Assembly (NCBI GenBank): GCA_964599015.1
Contig: CAZREY010000001.1
Span: forward strand, 1 to 32,089
Reading direction: 5' to 3'
Source of the DNA: an uncultured Thiobacillus sp.
GTDB lineage: Bacteria; Pseudomonadota; Gammaproteobacteria; Burkholderiales; Thiobacillaceae
DNA length: 32,089 nucleotides
Position numbers and translations under genes: made by a program. The notes below the pieces were generated by a model that saw nothing but the letters and a program-made list of their open reading frames with translations, was not told the origin of the DNA and ran no database searches. How positions within the stretch are numbered: position 1 is the stretch's first letter; each line of letters starts with the position of its first letter. Below are positions 1 through 9,631 of the stretch, piece by piece.

Positions 1-789
1 TGGGGCAGCCTGGACCAGGAGCTGCTGGCGCGCATGATGGACGACAACGCCAAGCGGGCCACGCCCCACGAACCCGAGGAAGTGATGCGCCACGCCCTCA
101 TCGCCTCCGCCCTGGATTCCGCCAAGCGGGCCGAGGAACTGGGCCTGGGGGCGGACCGCATCATCCTGTCCTGCAAGCTTTCCGGCGTGCAGGACCTGAT
201 CAGCGTGTACCAGGATCTGGCCAGCCGTTGCGACTACGCCCTGCACCTGGGCCTCACCGAGGCGGGCATGGGCAGCAAGGGCATCGTCGCTTCCACCGCG
301 GCCCTGGCCGTGCTGCTGCGGGAGGGCATCGGCGATACCATCCGCGTCTCCCTCACCCCCCAGCCCGGCGAGTCCCGCACCACCGAGGTCCAGGTGGCCC
401 AGGAAATACTCCAAACCATGGGCATCCGCTCCTTCACGCCCCTGGTGACCGCCTGTCCCGGCTGCGGCCGCACCACCTCCACTGTGTTCCAGGAACTGGC
501 CCAGAAGATCCAGGGCTGGCTGCGAGCCCAGATGCCGGTATGGCGGGGCCAATACCCCGGCGTGGAGCGCATGAACGTGGCGGTGATGGGCTGCGTGGTG
601 AACGGCCCCGGGGAGAGCAAGCACGCCAACGTGGGCATCTCCCTGCCCGGTACCAACGAGACGCCCGTGGCCCCCGTCTACGTGGACGGCGAGAAGACCG
701 TGACCCTCAAGGGCGACCGCATCGCCGAGGAGTTCCAGGCCATCGTCGAGGATTACGTCCAGCGCACCTACGGCGCGAAGAAGAACTGA
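1..789 (+). CDS. ispG: 4-hydroxy-3-methylbut-2-enyl-diphosphate synthase IspG/GcpE, C-terminal part (5' end lies outside the window)
   Basis: Frame 1 is open from base 1. The translation carries the IspG Fe-S cysteine motifs ACPGCGRT and [10 protein letters not shown]. The ispG-hisS adjacency is conserved. Confidence 0.85.
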   Translation, partial: WGSLDQELLARMMDDNAKRATPHEPEEVMRHALIASALDSAKRAEELGLGADRIILSCKLSGVQDLISVYQDLASRCDYALHLGLTEAGMGSKGIVASTAALAVLLREGIGDTIRVSLTPQPGESRTTEVQVAQEILQTMGIRSFTPLVTACPGCGRTTSTVFQELAQKIQGWLRAQMPVWRGQYPGVERMNVAVMGCVVNGPGESKHANVGISLPGTNETPVAPVYVDGEKTVTLKGDRIAEEFQAIVEDYVQRTYGAKKN

Positions 790-802
790 ACCGGCCTATT
801 CC

Positions 803-2068
803 ATGAGCAACCAACTCCGCGCCGTGCGCGGCATGAACGATATCCTGCCCGCCGATGCCACACTTTGGCGGCACTTCGAGACCATCGTCGAGGACTGGCT
901 GGACCAGTACGGCTACGCGGAGATGCGCACCCCCATCCTGGAGCACACGGGCCTGTTCAAGCGGGCCATCGGCGAGGTGACGGACATCGTCGAAAAGGAG
1001 ATGTACACCTTCGTCGACGAACTGAACGGGGAATCCCTCACCCTGCGCCCGGAAGGCACCGCCTCCGCCGTGCGCGCGGCCATAGAGCACAACCTGTTGT
1101 TCGACGGCGGCAAGCGGCTCTGGTACCGGGGCCCCATGTTCCGCCACGAGCGGCCCCAGAAGGGCCGCTACCGCCAGTTCCATCAGGTGGGCGTGGAGGC
1201 CCTGGGCTTCGCCGGCCCGGAGCTGGACATCGAGCACCTGCTGATGACGGCCAGGCTGTGGCGGCTGCTTGGCCTGGGGGAGTTCATCCACTTGGAGATC
1301 AACTCCCTGGGGGGCGCCGAATCCCGCGCCCGGCACCGCGAAAAACTCATCGCCTATTTCCAGACCCACGAAGCGGAACTGGATGAGGACGCCAGGCGGC
1401 GCCTCCACAGCAACCCACTGCGCATCCTGGATTCCAAGAACCCGACCATGCAGGCCCTGGTGGAGGCCGCGCCCCAACTCATGGCGGAATTGGACGATGT
1501 GGCCCTGGCCCATTTCGAGGCCGTGAAGCAGGGGTTGGATGCCGCCGGCATTCCCTACACCGTGAATCCCCGCCTGGTTCGCGGCCTGGATTACTACAAC
1601 TACACCGTGTTCGAATGGGTGACGGACCGCCTGGGCGCCCAGGGTACGGTCTGCGCCGGTGGCCGTTACGACGGACTGGTGGCCCAGTTGGGGGGCAAGT
1701 CCGTCCCCGCCTGCGGCTATGCCATGGGCGTGGAGCGCCTGCTGGTGATGATGCGGGAAGCCGACCTGGCGCCCGAGGCCATCGGCCCGGATGCCTATGT
1801 GGTCAACGTGGGGGAGGCCGCCTCCCGCTTCGCCCTCACGGCGGCCGAAGCCCTGAGGGACGAGGGCCTGAAGGTGGTGGTGCACGGCGGCGGCGGCAGC
1901 TTCAAGTCCCAGATGAAGAAGGCCGATGCCAGCGGTGCCCGCCATGCCGTCATCATCGGCGATGACGAGGCGGCGGCCGGCGAGGTGGCGGTGAAACCAT
2001 TGCGTATGGAAGGCGAGCAGCGCCGGGTCCCCCTGGACCTGGCGGCGGAAATTTTGAAAGGATTCTGA
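803..2068 (+). CDS. hisS: Histidine--tRNA ligase
   Basis: 421 aa ORF with class II aaRS/HisRS motifs [26 protein letters not shown] and [10 protein letters not shown]. It has a C-terminal anticodon-binding-like domain. Confidence 0.95.
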   Translation: MSNQLRAVRGMNDILPADATLWRHFETIVEDWLDQYGYAEMRTPILEHTGLFKRAIGEVTDIVEKEMYTFVDELNGESLTLRPEGTASAVRAAIEHNLLFDGGKRLWYRGPMFRHERPQKGRYRQFHQVGVEALGFAGPELDIEHLLMTARLWRLLGLGEFIHLEINSLGGAESRARHREKLIAYFQTHEAELDEDARRRLHSNPLRILDSKNPTMQALVEAAPQLMAELDDVALAHFEAVKQGLDAAGIPYTVNPRLVRGLDYYNYTVFEWVTDRLGAQGTVCAGGRYDGLVAQLGGKSVPACGYAMGVERLLVMMREADLAPEAIGPDAYVVNVGEAASRFALTAAEALRDEGLKVVVHGGGGSFKSQMKKADASGARHAVIIGDDEAAAGEVAVKPLRMEGEQRRVPLDLAAEILKGF

Positions 2069-2069
2069 T

Positions 2070-2699
2070 ATGGCATTCGATCTGGAAGAACAGGAACAGC
2101 TCGACGAGGCGAAGGCCTGGTGGAAGCAGCACGGCAACAAGGTGATCTGGGGCGTGACGGTGTTTCTGCTGGTCGTGGCCGGTTGGCGTGGCTGGGAGAC
2201 CTGGAGCCGCAACCAGGCCGCCGAGGCCTCCATGCTGTTCGACCGGGTGATCCAGTCGGCGGGCATGAACGATGTGAAGGGGGCCAAGGACGCCGCCGCC
2301 CAGATCATGGAAAACCACGGCCGCAGCGCCTATGCAGCCCCCGCTGCCTGGCTGGCCGGGCGCATCAATTACGACAGTGGCGACATGAAGAGTGCCCGGG
2401 CCCAGTACGAATATGCCCTGGACCATGCCCGGGACGAGGGCACGGTCCAATTGGCCCGCCTGCGCCTGGCCGGGTTGAAGTTCGAGGAAAAGGACCTGGA
2501 GGGGGCGCTGGCACTGCTGAATGAGCCCTTCGAGCCGGCCTTCGCCGGGCTGGCGGGTCAACTCAAGGGGGATGTGCTGGTGGCCCAGGGCAAGACCGAG
2601 GAAGCCAAGGCCGCGTACAAGGAGGCCGTGGAGAAGCTGGGCGACAAGAGTTCTCTCAAGCCCCTGGTGGAAATGCGTCTGGATGCCCTGGGAGGTTGA
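2070..2699 (+). CDS. yfgM: YfgM-family membrane-anchored TPR-like protein
   Basis: 209 aa with an acidic N-terminus, one TM helix (VIWGVTVFLLVVAGW) and a helical repeat region. It sits in the conserved hisS-yfgM-bamB-der order. The ATG lies 1 nt after the hisS stop. Confidence 0.6.
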   Translation: MAFDLEEQEQLDEAKAWWKQHGNKVIWGVTVFLLVVAGWRGWETWSRNQAAEASMLFDRVIQSAGMNDVKGAKDAAAQIMENHGRSAYAAPAAWLAGRINYDSGDMKSARAQYEYALDHARDEGTVQLARLRLAGLKFEEKDLEGALALLNEPFEPAFAGLAGQLKGDVLVAQGKTEEAKAAYKEAVEKLGDKSSLKPLVEMRLDALGG

Positions 2700-2700
2700 T

Positions 2701-3873
2701 GTGAGACCCGTTGCCTGGTTGGCCACCCTCGCCCTGCCGCTCGCCCTCTCCCTGGGAGGCTGTTCTTCCGTTACGTCCACGGTGGGTGGCTGGTTCGGCT
2801 CCGGCAAGTCCGCCGTCAAGCCCGCCGAGCTGGTGGAAATCAAACCCAGCGTGGGGCTGTCCCGGGCCTGGGATGCCAGCGTGGGCCCCGCCGGCGTGTA
2901 TGCCTTTTCTCCCGCCACCGACGGCGAGGCTGTCTACGCGGCGGGCCGGGACGGGCGCATCGTGAAGCTGGATCTGGCCACGGGACGCGAACTCTGGCGC
3001 GCGGAGGCCGGACAACCCCTGTCCGCCGGTGTCGGCGTTGGTGAAGGCCTGGTTCTGGTGGGCACGCCCAAGGGCATGGTGCTCGCCTTCCGTGTCAAGG
3101 ATGGCATGCCCGCCTGGACCACCAAGCTGTCCGGCGAGCTGCTGGTGCCGCCCGTGGCTGCCGGTGGAGTCGTCGCGGCCCGGGCCAACGACGGCCACGT
3201 CTATCTGCTGGAAGCCGGCGACGGCAAGCTGCGTTGGGATGCGGGCAGGAGTCTGCCCGCCCTGACCCTGCGCGAGCAGAGCCACATGCTGCTGACCGCC
3301 GAGGCACTATACGCAGGACATGCGGGCGGCCGTATTTCCGCTCTGGCCTTGAACAACGGCGCGCCCTTGTGGGAATCCAACGTGGCCTTGCCCCGGGGCA
3401 CCAGTGAACTTGAACGCATCGCCGACGTGGTGGGCCCCCTGGCCATGGATGACAAGCGGGTCTGCGCCGCCGCCTTCCAGGGACGGGTGGCATGCTTCGA
3501 TGCCGTGCGCGGCAACGGACTGTGGGCACGGGATATTTCTGCATTGCGCGGCCTTGATATGGATGAGCGCATGGTCTACGTGGCCGACGAGCACGGCGCC
3601 CTGCAAGCCTTCGACAAGATTCGCGGCACCAGCCCGTGGAAGCAGGACAAGCTGCGGGATCGCCGCCTCTCCAGCCCCGTCGCCGTGGCCGGACGCCATG
3701 TGGCGGTGGGCGACTTCCAGGGCTATGTCCATCTGGTCAATGTGGACGATGGCGCCTTCGCCGCCCGCGCGGCCACCGACGGCAGCGCCATTCCCGGCGT
3801 CATGATCCCCCTCAAATCCGGTCTGGTGGTGCAGACCGCCAATGGCGGCGTATATGCACTCAAGATCCAGTAA
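2701..3873 (+). CDS. bamB: Outer membrane protein assembly factor BamB (lipoprotein, beta-propeller)
   Basis: GTG start at 2701, 5 nt after a GGGAGG Shine-Dalgarno. Lipoprotein signal with lipobox LSLGGC. Repeated G-x-V/L-x-A-x-D-x-x-G-G/K beta-propeller repeats. Located between yfgM and der. The longer track ORF from 2521 overlaps yfgM and is not the real start. Confidence 0.85.
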   Translation: MRPVAWLATLALPLALSLGGCSSVTSTVGGWFGSGKSAVKPAELVEIKPSVGLSRAWDASVGPAGVYAFSPATDGEAVYAAGRDGRIVKLDLATGRELWRAEAGQPLSAGVGVGEGLVLVGTPKGMVLAFRVKDGMPAWTTKLSGELLVPPVAAGGVVAARANDGHVYLLEAGDGKLRWDAGRSLPALTLREQSHMLLTAEALYAGHAGGRISALALNNGAPLWESNVALPRGTSELERIADVVGPLAMDDKRVCAAAFQGRVACFDAVRGNGLWARDISALRGLDMDERMVYVADEHGALQAFDKIRGTSPWKQDKLRDRRLSSPVAVAGRHVAVGDFQGYVHLVNVDDGAFAARAATDGSAIPGVMIPLKSGLVVQTANGGVYALKIQ

Positions 3874-3952
3874 GGGAGGAAGGGAGAAGGCAAAAGGGGT
3901 TGATGTCGGGGTTTTTCACCCTTCGCCCTACCCCCTTTACCCTTCGCTGCCA
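3871..3952 (+). repeat. Heptad-periodic G-rich/C-rich inverted-repeat element in the bamB-der spacer
   Basis: Left arm heptads are TAAGGGA, GAAGGGA, GAAGGCA and AAAGGGG (3871-3899). Right arm heptads are ACCCTTC, GCCCTAC, CCCCTTT, ACCCTTC and GCTGCCA (3918-3952). AAAGGGG is the exact complement of CCCCTTT. GAAGGGA matches the complement of ACCCTTC at 6 of 7 positions. The element starts at the bamB TAA and ends at the der ATG. Confidence 0.6.
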
Positions 3953-5349
3953 TGAAACCCACCGTTGTCCTTGTCGGCCGACCCAACGTCGGCAAATCCA
4001 CCCTGTTCAACCGGCTCACCAAGACCCGGGACGCACTGGTGCACGACCTGCCGGGTCTGACCCGGGATCGCCATTACGGCCACGGGCGGGTGGGCGGCAA
4101 GCCTTATCTGGTGGTGGATACCGGCGGCTTCGAGCCGGTGGTGGACACGGGCATCCTGGCGGAGATGGCCAAGCAGACCCTCCAGGCCGTGGACGAGGGG
4201 GACGTGATCATCTTCCTGGTGGATGGCCGAGCCGGCGTCACCCCCCAGGACAAGATCATCGCCGAGCGCCTGCGCCGTACCGGACGGCCCGTGTTCGTGG
4301 CCGTGAACAAGGTGGAAGGCATGAACCGGGGGGTGGTGAGCGCCGAGTTCCACGAACTGGGCCTGGGGGATCCCGTGGCCATTTCGGGTGCCCATGGCGA
4401 GGGTGTGCGCGAACTCATGGACCTGGCCCTGGAACCCTTTGGCGACGAGGCGGAGGAGGAGGGGGCGGACGACCATCCCAAGATCGCCATCGTGGGGCGG
4501 CCCAACGTGGGCAAGTCCACCCTGGTCAACACCCTGGTGGGGGAGGAGCGGGTCATCGCCTTCGACCAGCCGGGCACCACCCGGGATTCCATCTACGTGG
4601 ATTTCGAGAAAAACGGCCGGCCTTATACCCTCATCGACACGGCCGGGGTGCGCCGCAAGGGCAAGGTGTTCGAGGCGGTGGAGAAGTTCTCCGTGGTCAA
4701 GACCCTGCAGGCCATCGAGGACGCCAATGTGGTGGTGCTGGTACTGGATGCCCACCAGCAGATCAGCGACCAGGACGCCCACCTGGCGGGCTTCATCCTG
4801 GAGTCCGGCCGCGCCCTGGTGGTGGCCATCAACAAGTGGGATGGACTGGACGGCTACCAACGTGACCAGGTCAAGCGGGAACTGGACCGGCGCATGGAGT
4901 TCCTCTCCTTCGCCCGTTTCCATTTCATCTCCGCCCTCCATGGCCAGGGAGTGGGGAGCGTACTGAAATCCGTGGACGAAGCCTATGCCGCGGCCTTCGC
5001 CAAGCTGTCCACGCCCCGCCTGTCCAAGATCCTGCACGAGGCCATCGCCCAGCACCAGCCGCCCAAGTCCGGCCTGTTCCGGCCCAAGCCCAAGTATGCC
5101 CACCAGGGCGGCAGCAACCCGCCCGTCATCGTGGTGCACGGCAACCACCTGGAAGGCATTGGCAACGACTACAAACGCTATCTGGAGAATACCTTCCGCA
5201 AGTCTTTCGACCTGGCGGGCACGCCCCTACGGGTGGATTTCAAGGCCAACGTCAATCCCTTCGAGGACCGCAAGCCCAAGTCACTCACCCAGCGCGAGGT
5301 GAACAAGGTCCGCCGCGAGCGCCGGCACCGCAAGAAGACCTTCGGCTAA
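3952..5349 (+). CDS. der: Ribosome-associated GTPase Der/EngA (two tandem GTPase domains plus KH-like C-terminus)
   Basis: Two P-loops ([12 protein letters not shown] and [12 protein letters not shown]), NKVE and NKWD G4 motifs, and a basic C-terminal tail. Confidence 0.95.
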   Translation: MKPTVVLVGRPNVGKSTLFNRLTKTRDALVHDLPGLTRDRHYGHGRVGGKPYLVVDTGGFEPVVDTGILAEMAKQTLQAVDEGDVIIFLVDGRAGVTPQDKIIAERLRRTGRPVFVAVNKVEGMNRGVVSAEFHELGLGDPVAISGAHGEGVRELMDLALEPFGDEAEEEGADDHPKIAIVGRPNVGKSTLVNTLVGEERVIAFDQPGTTRDSIYVDFEKNGRPYTLIDTAGVRRKGKVFEAVEKFSVVKTLQAIEDANVVVLVLDAHQQISDQDAHLAGFILESGRALVVAINKWDGLDGYQRDQVKRELDRRMEFLSFARFHFISALHGQGVGSVLKSVDEAYAAAFAKLSTPRLSKILHEAIAQHQPPKSGLFRPKPKYAHQGGSNPPVIVVHGNHLEGIGNDYKRYLENTFRKSFDLAGTPLRVDFKANVNPFEDRKPKSLTQREVNKVRRERRHRKKTFG

Positions 5350-5383
5350 AACCGGGAGCCAGCGGCGAACGGAACGCCGGGGC

Positions 5384-5758
5384 TTAGGCGCTGGTTTCGA
5401 TCTGATCCTGCTCGGCCGTTTCCTGGACACGGACCAGATAGATCGTGCCCTCCGGCGGCACTTGGTAGATCAACACATCCTTGGTGTCGAAGAACTTGGC
5501 GACCCGGGTGCCGTCATCCAATTCAAAGCGGATACGGCCAACGGACGGTGGGGCTTCGTTGGGGGTGGAAGTGGCGGCTTCCCTCGCTTCGGCCTTGCGC
5601 TTCAAGGCAGCCTGTTTGGCGGCTTCCGCGCTTGCATCCTCGGCGACGGCCTGGCGGGAAACACTTTCAGCTGCTTTGCGCGTGATCGGGCTGGTCGTTG
5701 GCGCACCCGCCACGGATGAGGCGACTTGGCTTGCGGAGTTGATGACCGAAGCTTCCAT
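5384..5758 (-). CDS. FlaG-like small protein (putative)
   Basis: 124 aa with a low-complexity Ala/Ser/Glu-rich N-terminal half. The C-terminal segment IRFELDDGTRVAKFFDTKDVLIYQVPPEG follows the FlaG-family pattern (L-x-F-x-v-D-x-x-t-g-x-x-v-v-k-v-x-D-x-x-t-g-e-v-I-R-Q-I-P-x-E). Called from visual pattern match only. Confidence 0.5.
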   Translation of the reverse strand: MEASVINSASQVASSVAGAPTTSPITRKAAESVSRQAVAEDASAEAAKQAALKRKAEAREAATSTPNEAPPSVGRIRFELDDGTRVAKFFDTKDVLIYQVPPEGTIYLVRVQETAEQDQIETSA

Positions 5759-5967
5759 CAGGATTCCCGGAAAGAACTCATTGAATCATAGACTAAGAAT
5801 ATGCCTCTTCCATGGGCCGTGAGAAGGTGGAGACGTACCAACCAGCACAGTGAAGAGACTCCGAATCAACAGCAGAGGCAAGGAAGTCGCATGCCGGGCC
5901 ATATGGGAAATGGCTGCGGCGCGACAAGTTCATGGACCTACTTGATAAATACTGTCCCAGGTCAAGG

Positions 5968-5995
5968 TCGACGAATGGGAAAAAGGTAATAGAAT
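5968..5995 (+). promoter_or_regulatory. Possible sigma-70 promoter for hfq
   Basis: TCGACG (-35-like), a 16 nt spacer and TAGAAT (-10), about 38 nt upstream of the hfq ATG. AAGGAA Shine-Dalgarno at 6021-6026. Motif match only. Confidence 0.25.
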
Positions 5996-6032
5996 CTTCA
6001 TCCGATAACCAATGAATCAATAAGGAAATCCC

Positions 6033-6266
6033 ATGAGCAAAGGGCTGCAACTACAAGACCCGTTCCTCAACGCCTTGCGCCAGGAACAAGTGCAGGTTTC
6101 TGTCTATCTGGTCAACGGCATCAAGCTGCAGGGCCATATTGAAAGCTTTGACCAGTATGTGGTTCTGCTCAAGAACGCAGTGACCCAGATGGTCTACAAG
6201 CACGCCATTTCCACCGTGGTGCCCGCCCGCCCGGTGTCTATCCAGCGCGCCGGCGAGGACGCCTGA
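6033..6266 (+). CDS. hfq: RNA chaperone Hfq
   Basis: The 77 aa sequence [48 protein letters not shown]...[10 protein letters not shown] is a canonical Sm1/Sm2 Hfq sequence. Confidence 0.97.
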   Translation: MSKGLQLQDPFLNALRQEQVQVSVYLVNGIKLQGHIESFDQYVVLLKNAVTQMVYKHAISTVVPARPVSIQRAGEDA

Positions 6267-6278
6267 TCCAGCCCACTC

Positions 6279-7442
6279 ATGTTTGAGCGGCCCGATGCCG
6301 GGCTGGCTGTCGTCCTGGCCTCTCTTGATTTCGGCGACCCGGATTATGCGGAAAGCCTCAACGAGCTGAAGCTGTTGGCCACCAGTGCCGGCCTGGATGT
6401 GGTGGGCGTGGTGGAAGGAAAGCGGCCCAAGCCGGACGCGGCCCTGTTCGTGGGCAAGGGCAAGGCCGATGAGATAGGCGACGCGGCCCGCATGGCCGAT
6501 GCCCAGCTGGTCATCTTCAACCATGAGCTTTCCCCCGTGCAGGAACGCAACCTGGAGCGCCACCTGCAATGCCGGGTGCTGGATCGCACCGCCCTGATTC
6601 TCGACATCTTCGCCCAGCGGGCCCGCAGCAACGAGGGCAAGCTCCAGGTGGAACTGGCGCAGTTGAGGCATTACGCCACCCGCCTTGTGAGGGGCTGGAC
6701 CCACCTGGAACGCCAGAAGGGTGGCATCGGCATGCGCGGCGGTCCCGGCGAGACCCAGCTGGAACTGGACCGGCGCCTTATCGCCCAGCGCATCAAGACC
6801 ATCGAGGCCAAGCTTGACAAGCATGCCCGCAGCCGGGCCGTGCAGCGTCGGGGACGCCAGCGGGGCGGGGTGTTCTCCGTGTCCCTGGTGGGCTACACCA
6901 ACGCGGGCAAATCCACCCTGTTCAATACCCTGACCCACGCCGGGGCCTATGCCGCCGACCAGCTGTTCGCCACCCTGGACACCACCTCCCGCAAACTATG
7001 GGTTCCCCAGGCGTCCAGGGAAGTCGTCATCTCCGACACGGTGGGTTTCATCACGCGCCTGCCCCACACCCTGGTGGCGGCCTTTCACGCCACCCTGGAG
7101 GAAACCGCCCACGCGGACCTGCTGTTGCACGTGGTGGATTCAGCCAGTCCCAATCGCACCCGCCAGATGGAAGAGGTGGAGAAGGTGTTGAAGGAAATCG
7201 GCGCGGAACATGTTCCCCAGATCCGGGTCATGAACAAGATCGACCTGACAGGCGCGGAGCCCCAATTGGCACGGGATGAGTATGGTAAGATCGCCGCCGT
7301 TTGGCTCTCCGCAAGGACTGGAGCGGGTATCGACCTGCTGCGGGACGCGTTGGGTGAATTCGCCAGCCATCTCCTGAATGATTGCGCCAGAAACCTCCGG
7401 TCACCGTCCAATACTGATGCGGAAATCAATGAAGCTGATTAA
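6279..7442 (+). CDS. hflX: GTPase HflX
   Basis: 387 aa with GYTNAGKSTLFN (G1), DTVGFI (G3) and MNKIDL (G4), plus the N-terminal HflX domain. Conserved hfq-hflX-hflK-hflC order. Confidence 0.95.
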   Translation: MFERPDAGLAVVLASLDFGDPDYAESLNELKLLATSAGLDVVGVVEGKRPKPDAALFVGKGKADEIGDAARMADAQLVIFNHELSPVQERNLERHLQCRVLDRTALILDIFAQRARSNEGKLQVELAQLRHYATRLVRGWTHLERQKGGIGMRGGPGETQLELDRRLIAQRIKTIEAKLDKHARSRAVQRRGRQRGGVFSVSLVGYTNAGKSTLFNTLTHAGAYAADQLFATLDTTSRKLWVPQASREVVISDTVGFITRLPHTLVAAFHATLEETAHADLLLHVVDSASPNRTRQMEEVEKVLKEIGAEHVPQIRVMNKIDLTGAEPQLARDEYGKIAAVWLSARTGAGIDLLRDALGEFASHLLNDCARNLRSPSNTDAEINEAD

Positions 7443-7527
7443 AGACTTTTTGCGCGTGCCCGTTTGGGTCGTGCAGCGTTACCTCTTGTGGCCCCTTGCC
7501 GCCGTGCGCAGGGGGGTGCCCATCGCC

Positions 7528-8718
7528 ATGGCCTGGAACGACCCCCAATGGGGCAACGACGGGAAACGGGATGGTCCGCCCGACCTGGATGAGCTCTGGC
7601 GCAACTTCAACCGTCGCCTGAACGGCCTGTTCGGCCGCAAGGTATCCGGCGGCGGCGCTCCGTCCGGCGGTGGCCGGGAGTTCAATGTGCCCGGTGGCGC
7701 GGGACTCCTGGTGGTGCTGGCCTTGCTGCTGTGGCTGGCCTCCGGCTTCTACATCGTCGATGCCGGCGAACGGGGCGTGGTGTTGCGCTTCGGCAAGTTC
7801 CTGGAAACCACCCAGCCCGGCCCCCGCTGGCATTTGCCTTACCCCGTCGAAACCGTGGAGGAGGTGAATATCGAGCAGGTGCGCACGGTGGAAGTGGGCT
7901 ACAAGAACAACGTCAAGGCCAAGGTCTTGCCCGAGGCCCTGATGTTGACCGACGACGAGAACATCATCGACCTCCAGTTCTCCATCCAGTACACCCTCAA
8001 GGATCCGGAGGATTACCTCTTCTCCAATCGTGATCCGGACAATGCGGTGAAGCAGGTGGCGGAGACCGCCATGCGGGAGATCGTGGGCAAGAGCAAGATG
8101 GACTACGTGCTGTACGAGGGCCGCGCGGACATCGCCGCCCGGGCCACCAAGCTCATGCAGGACCTGCTGGACCGCTACAAGACCGGCATCAGCATCAGCA
8201 AGGTGAACATGCAGCAGGCCCAGCCGCCGGAACAGGTGCAGGCCGCCTTCGACGACGCGGTGAAGGCGGGCCAGGACCGGGAGCGCCTGAAGAACGAAGG
8301 CCAGGCCTACGCCAACGACGTGATCCCCAAGGCCCGCGGCGTGGCGGCCCGCCTGCTGGAAGAGGCGAATGGCCACAAGGCCCGGGTAGTGGCCCAGGCC
8401 GAGGGTGATGCCGCCCGCTTCAAGCAGATCCTGGCGGAGTACAACAAGGCGCCCCAGGTTACCCGGGAGCGCCTCTATCAGGATGCCATGCAACAGGTGC
8501 TGTCCAGCACCACCAAGGTCCTGGTGGACGACAAGCAGGGTGGCAACCTGATCTACCTGCCCCTGGACAAGCTCATGCAGCTGACCGGCGCCGGCCAGCC
8601 CAGCCTGGATGCCCAGCAGGCCTTGCCTCAGGGCACGCCCAATACCACCACACCCCAGGACAGTCTTTTCCGTTCCCGTGATGCCTTCCGCAGTCGTGAC
8701 CGGGAGGCGAGGCCATGA
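7528..8718 (+). CDS. hflK: FtsH protease modulator HflK (SPFH/band-7)
   Basis: Start chosen at MAWNDPQWGN...GPPDLDELWRNF, which matches the typical HflK N-terminus. One TM segment followed by an SPFH domain. In-frame upstream starts at 7378 and 7429 overlap hflX and add an atypical extension. Confidence 0.9.
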   Translation: MAWNDPQWGNDGKRDGPPDLDELWRNFNRRLNGLFGRKVSGGGAPSGGGREFNVPGGAGLLVVLALLLWLASGFYIVDAGERGVVLRFGKFLETTQPGPRWHLPYPVETVEEVNIEQVRTVEVGYKNNVKAKVLPEALMLTDDENIIDLQFSIQYTLKDPEDYLFSNRDPDNAVKQVAETAMREIVGKSKMDYVLYEGRADIAARATKLMQDLLDRYKTGISISKVNMQQAQPPEQVQAAFDDAVKAGQDRERLKNEGQAYANDVIPKARGVAARLLEEANGHKARVVAQAEGDAARFKQILAEYNKAPQVTRERLYQDAMQQVLSSTTKVLVDDKQGGNLIYLPLDKLMQLTGAGQPSLDAQQALPQGTPNTTTPQDSLFRSRDAFRSRDREARP

Positions 8719-9590
8719 TGAAAAATCCCCTAAACCTTATCGCCGGGCTGGTGGCGGCCCTGCTGCTGTTCTCCCTGTCCGTCTACACCGTTGACCAGCG
8801 CCAGGCGGCCATGGTGTTCCAGCTGGGTGAAATCGTTCAGGTCCACAAGTCGCCCGGTCTGTACATGAAGCTGCCCTTCGTGCAGAACGTGCGTTACTTC
8901 GATACCCGCATTCTGACCCTGGACGCGGCCGACCCGGAGCGCTTCATCACCTCCGAGAAGAAGAACGTGCTGGTGGACTACTACATCAAGTGGCGCGTGT
9001 TCGACGTGGAGAAGTACTACGTCAGTTTCAGCGGCGACGAGATGCGGGCGGAAAACCGCCTCTTCCAGACTGTCAACGATGGCATGCGCGCAGAGTTCGG
9101 TCGGCGCACCGTCCACGACGTGGTCTCCGGTGAACGGGACGATGTGATGAGCCTGTTGCGCACCAAGGCAGACCAGGACGCCCGCCGCTTCGGCGTGCAG
9201 GTCATGGACGTGCGCATCAAGCGCGTGGACCTGCCCTCCGAGGTGAGTGAATCCGTGTACCGCCGCATGGACGCCGAGCGCAAGCGCGTGGCCAATGAAC
9301 TGCGTTCCACCGGCGCCGCCGAGGCGGAAAAGATCCGCGCCGACGCCGACCGGCAGCGGGAGATCATCATCGCCGAGGCCTATCGAGAAGCCCAGAAGAT
9401 CAAGGGCGAGGGCGACGGCAAGGCCTCCGGCATCTATGGCGCGGCTTACGGCCAAAACCCCGAGTTCTATGCCTTCTACCGCAGCATGGATTCGTACCGC
9501 CAGAGCTTCGCTGGCAAGAGCGATGTCATGGTGCTGCAGCCCAATTCCGAGTTCTTCCGCTACATGAAGTCTCCCCGGGGCGGCAAGTAG
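8715..9590 (+). CDS. hflC: FtsH protease modulator HflC (SPFH/band-7)
   Basis: 291 aa with an N-terminal TM anchor and SPFH domain. Its start overlaps the hflK stop (ATGATG/TGA). Confidence 0.9.
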   Translation: MMKNPLNLIAGLVAALLLFSLSVYTVDQRQAAMVFQLGEIVQVHKSPGLYMKLPFVQNVRYFDTRILTLDAADPERFITSEKKNVLVDYYIKWRVFDVEKYYVSFSGDEMRAENRLFQTVNDGMRAEFGRRTVHDVVSGERDDVMSLLRTKADQDARRFGVQVMDVRIKRVDLPSEVSESVYRRMDAERKRVANELRSTGAAEAEKIRADADRQREIIIAEAYREAQKIKGEGDGKASGIYGAAYGQNPEFYAFYRSMDSYRQSFAGKSDVMVLQPNSEFFRYMKSPRGGK

Positions 9591-9631
9591 GGCCTGTGGC
9601 GGGATATGGAACGAGCGAATGGGCCTGAAGC

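Noticed and set aside
707-2308. A 533-aa minus-strand ORF opposite hisS, together with the many other long antisense or out-of-frame ORFs in the track (for example 3937-5148, 6051-6938, 7426-8493, 14370-15665, 16539-17738 and 27402-29192)
   Set aside because: All overlap strongly supported genes on the other strand or frame. Their compositions are biased toward Arg/Pro/Gly/Ala. They are explained by the paucity of stop codons in high-GC DNA.
3874-3914. G-quadruplex potential of the G-rich arms of the heptad elements (also 15518-15545)
   Set aside because: The G-runs are present, but the loops are long in the first element and there are only three runs of 4 or more Gs in the second. Each G-arm also has a fully complementary C-arm nearby that should favour a hairpin. 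This is noted only as an alternative structure.
6001-6008. TCCGATAA, resembling a sigma-28 -10 box, 24 nt upstream of hfq
   Set aside because: The -35 position 15-16 nt upstream reads AAAG/AAAA rather than TAAA(GTTT). A sigma-70-like TCGACG-N16-TAGAAT overlaps the same region. The evidence is insufficient to call a FliA promoter.
5793-6050. Short ORFs in the der/hfq spacer region (85 aa on the minus strand at 5793-6050; 62 aa on the plus strand at 5801-5989)
   Set aside because: They have no Shine-Dalgarno sequence or recognisable domain. One overlaps the hfq start. The region is better explained as promoter or 5'-UTR DNA. An sRNA cannot be excluded, but I cannot support one from sequence alone.
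7378-7527. A possible 50-codon N-terminal extension of HflK overlapping the end of hflX
   Set aside because: The conserved HflK N-terminus MAWNDPQWGN begins at 7528. The extension has no counterpart in known HflK proteins, although the ATG at 7429 cannot be strictly excluded.
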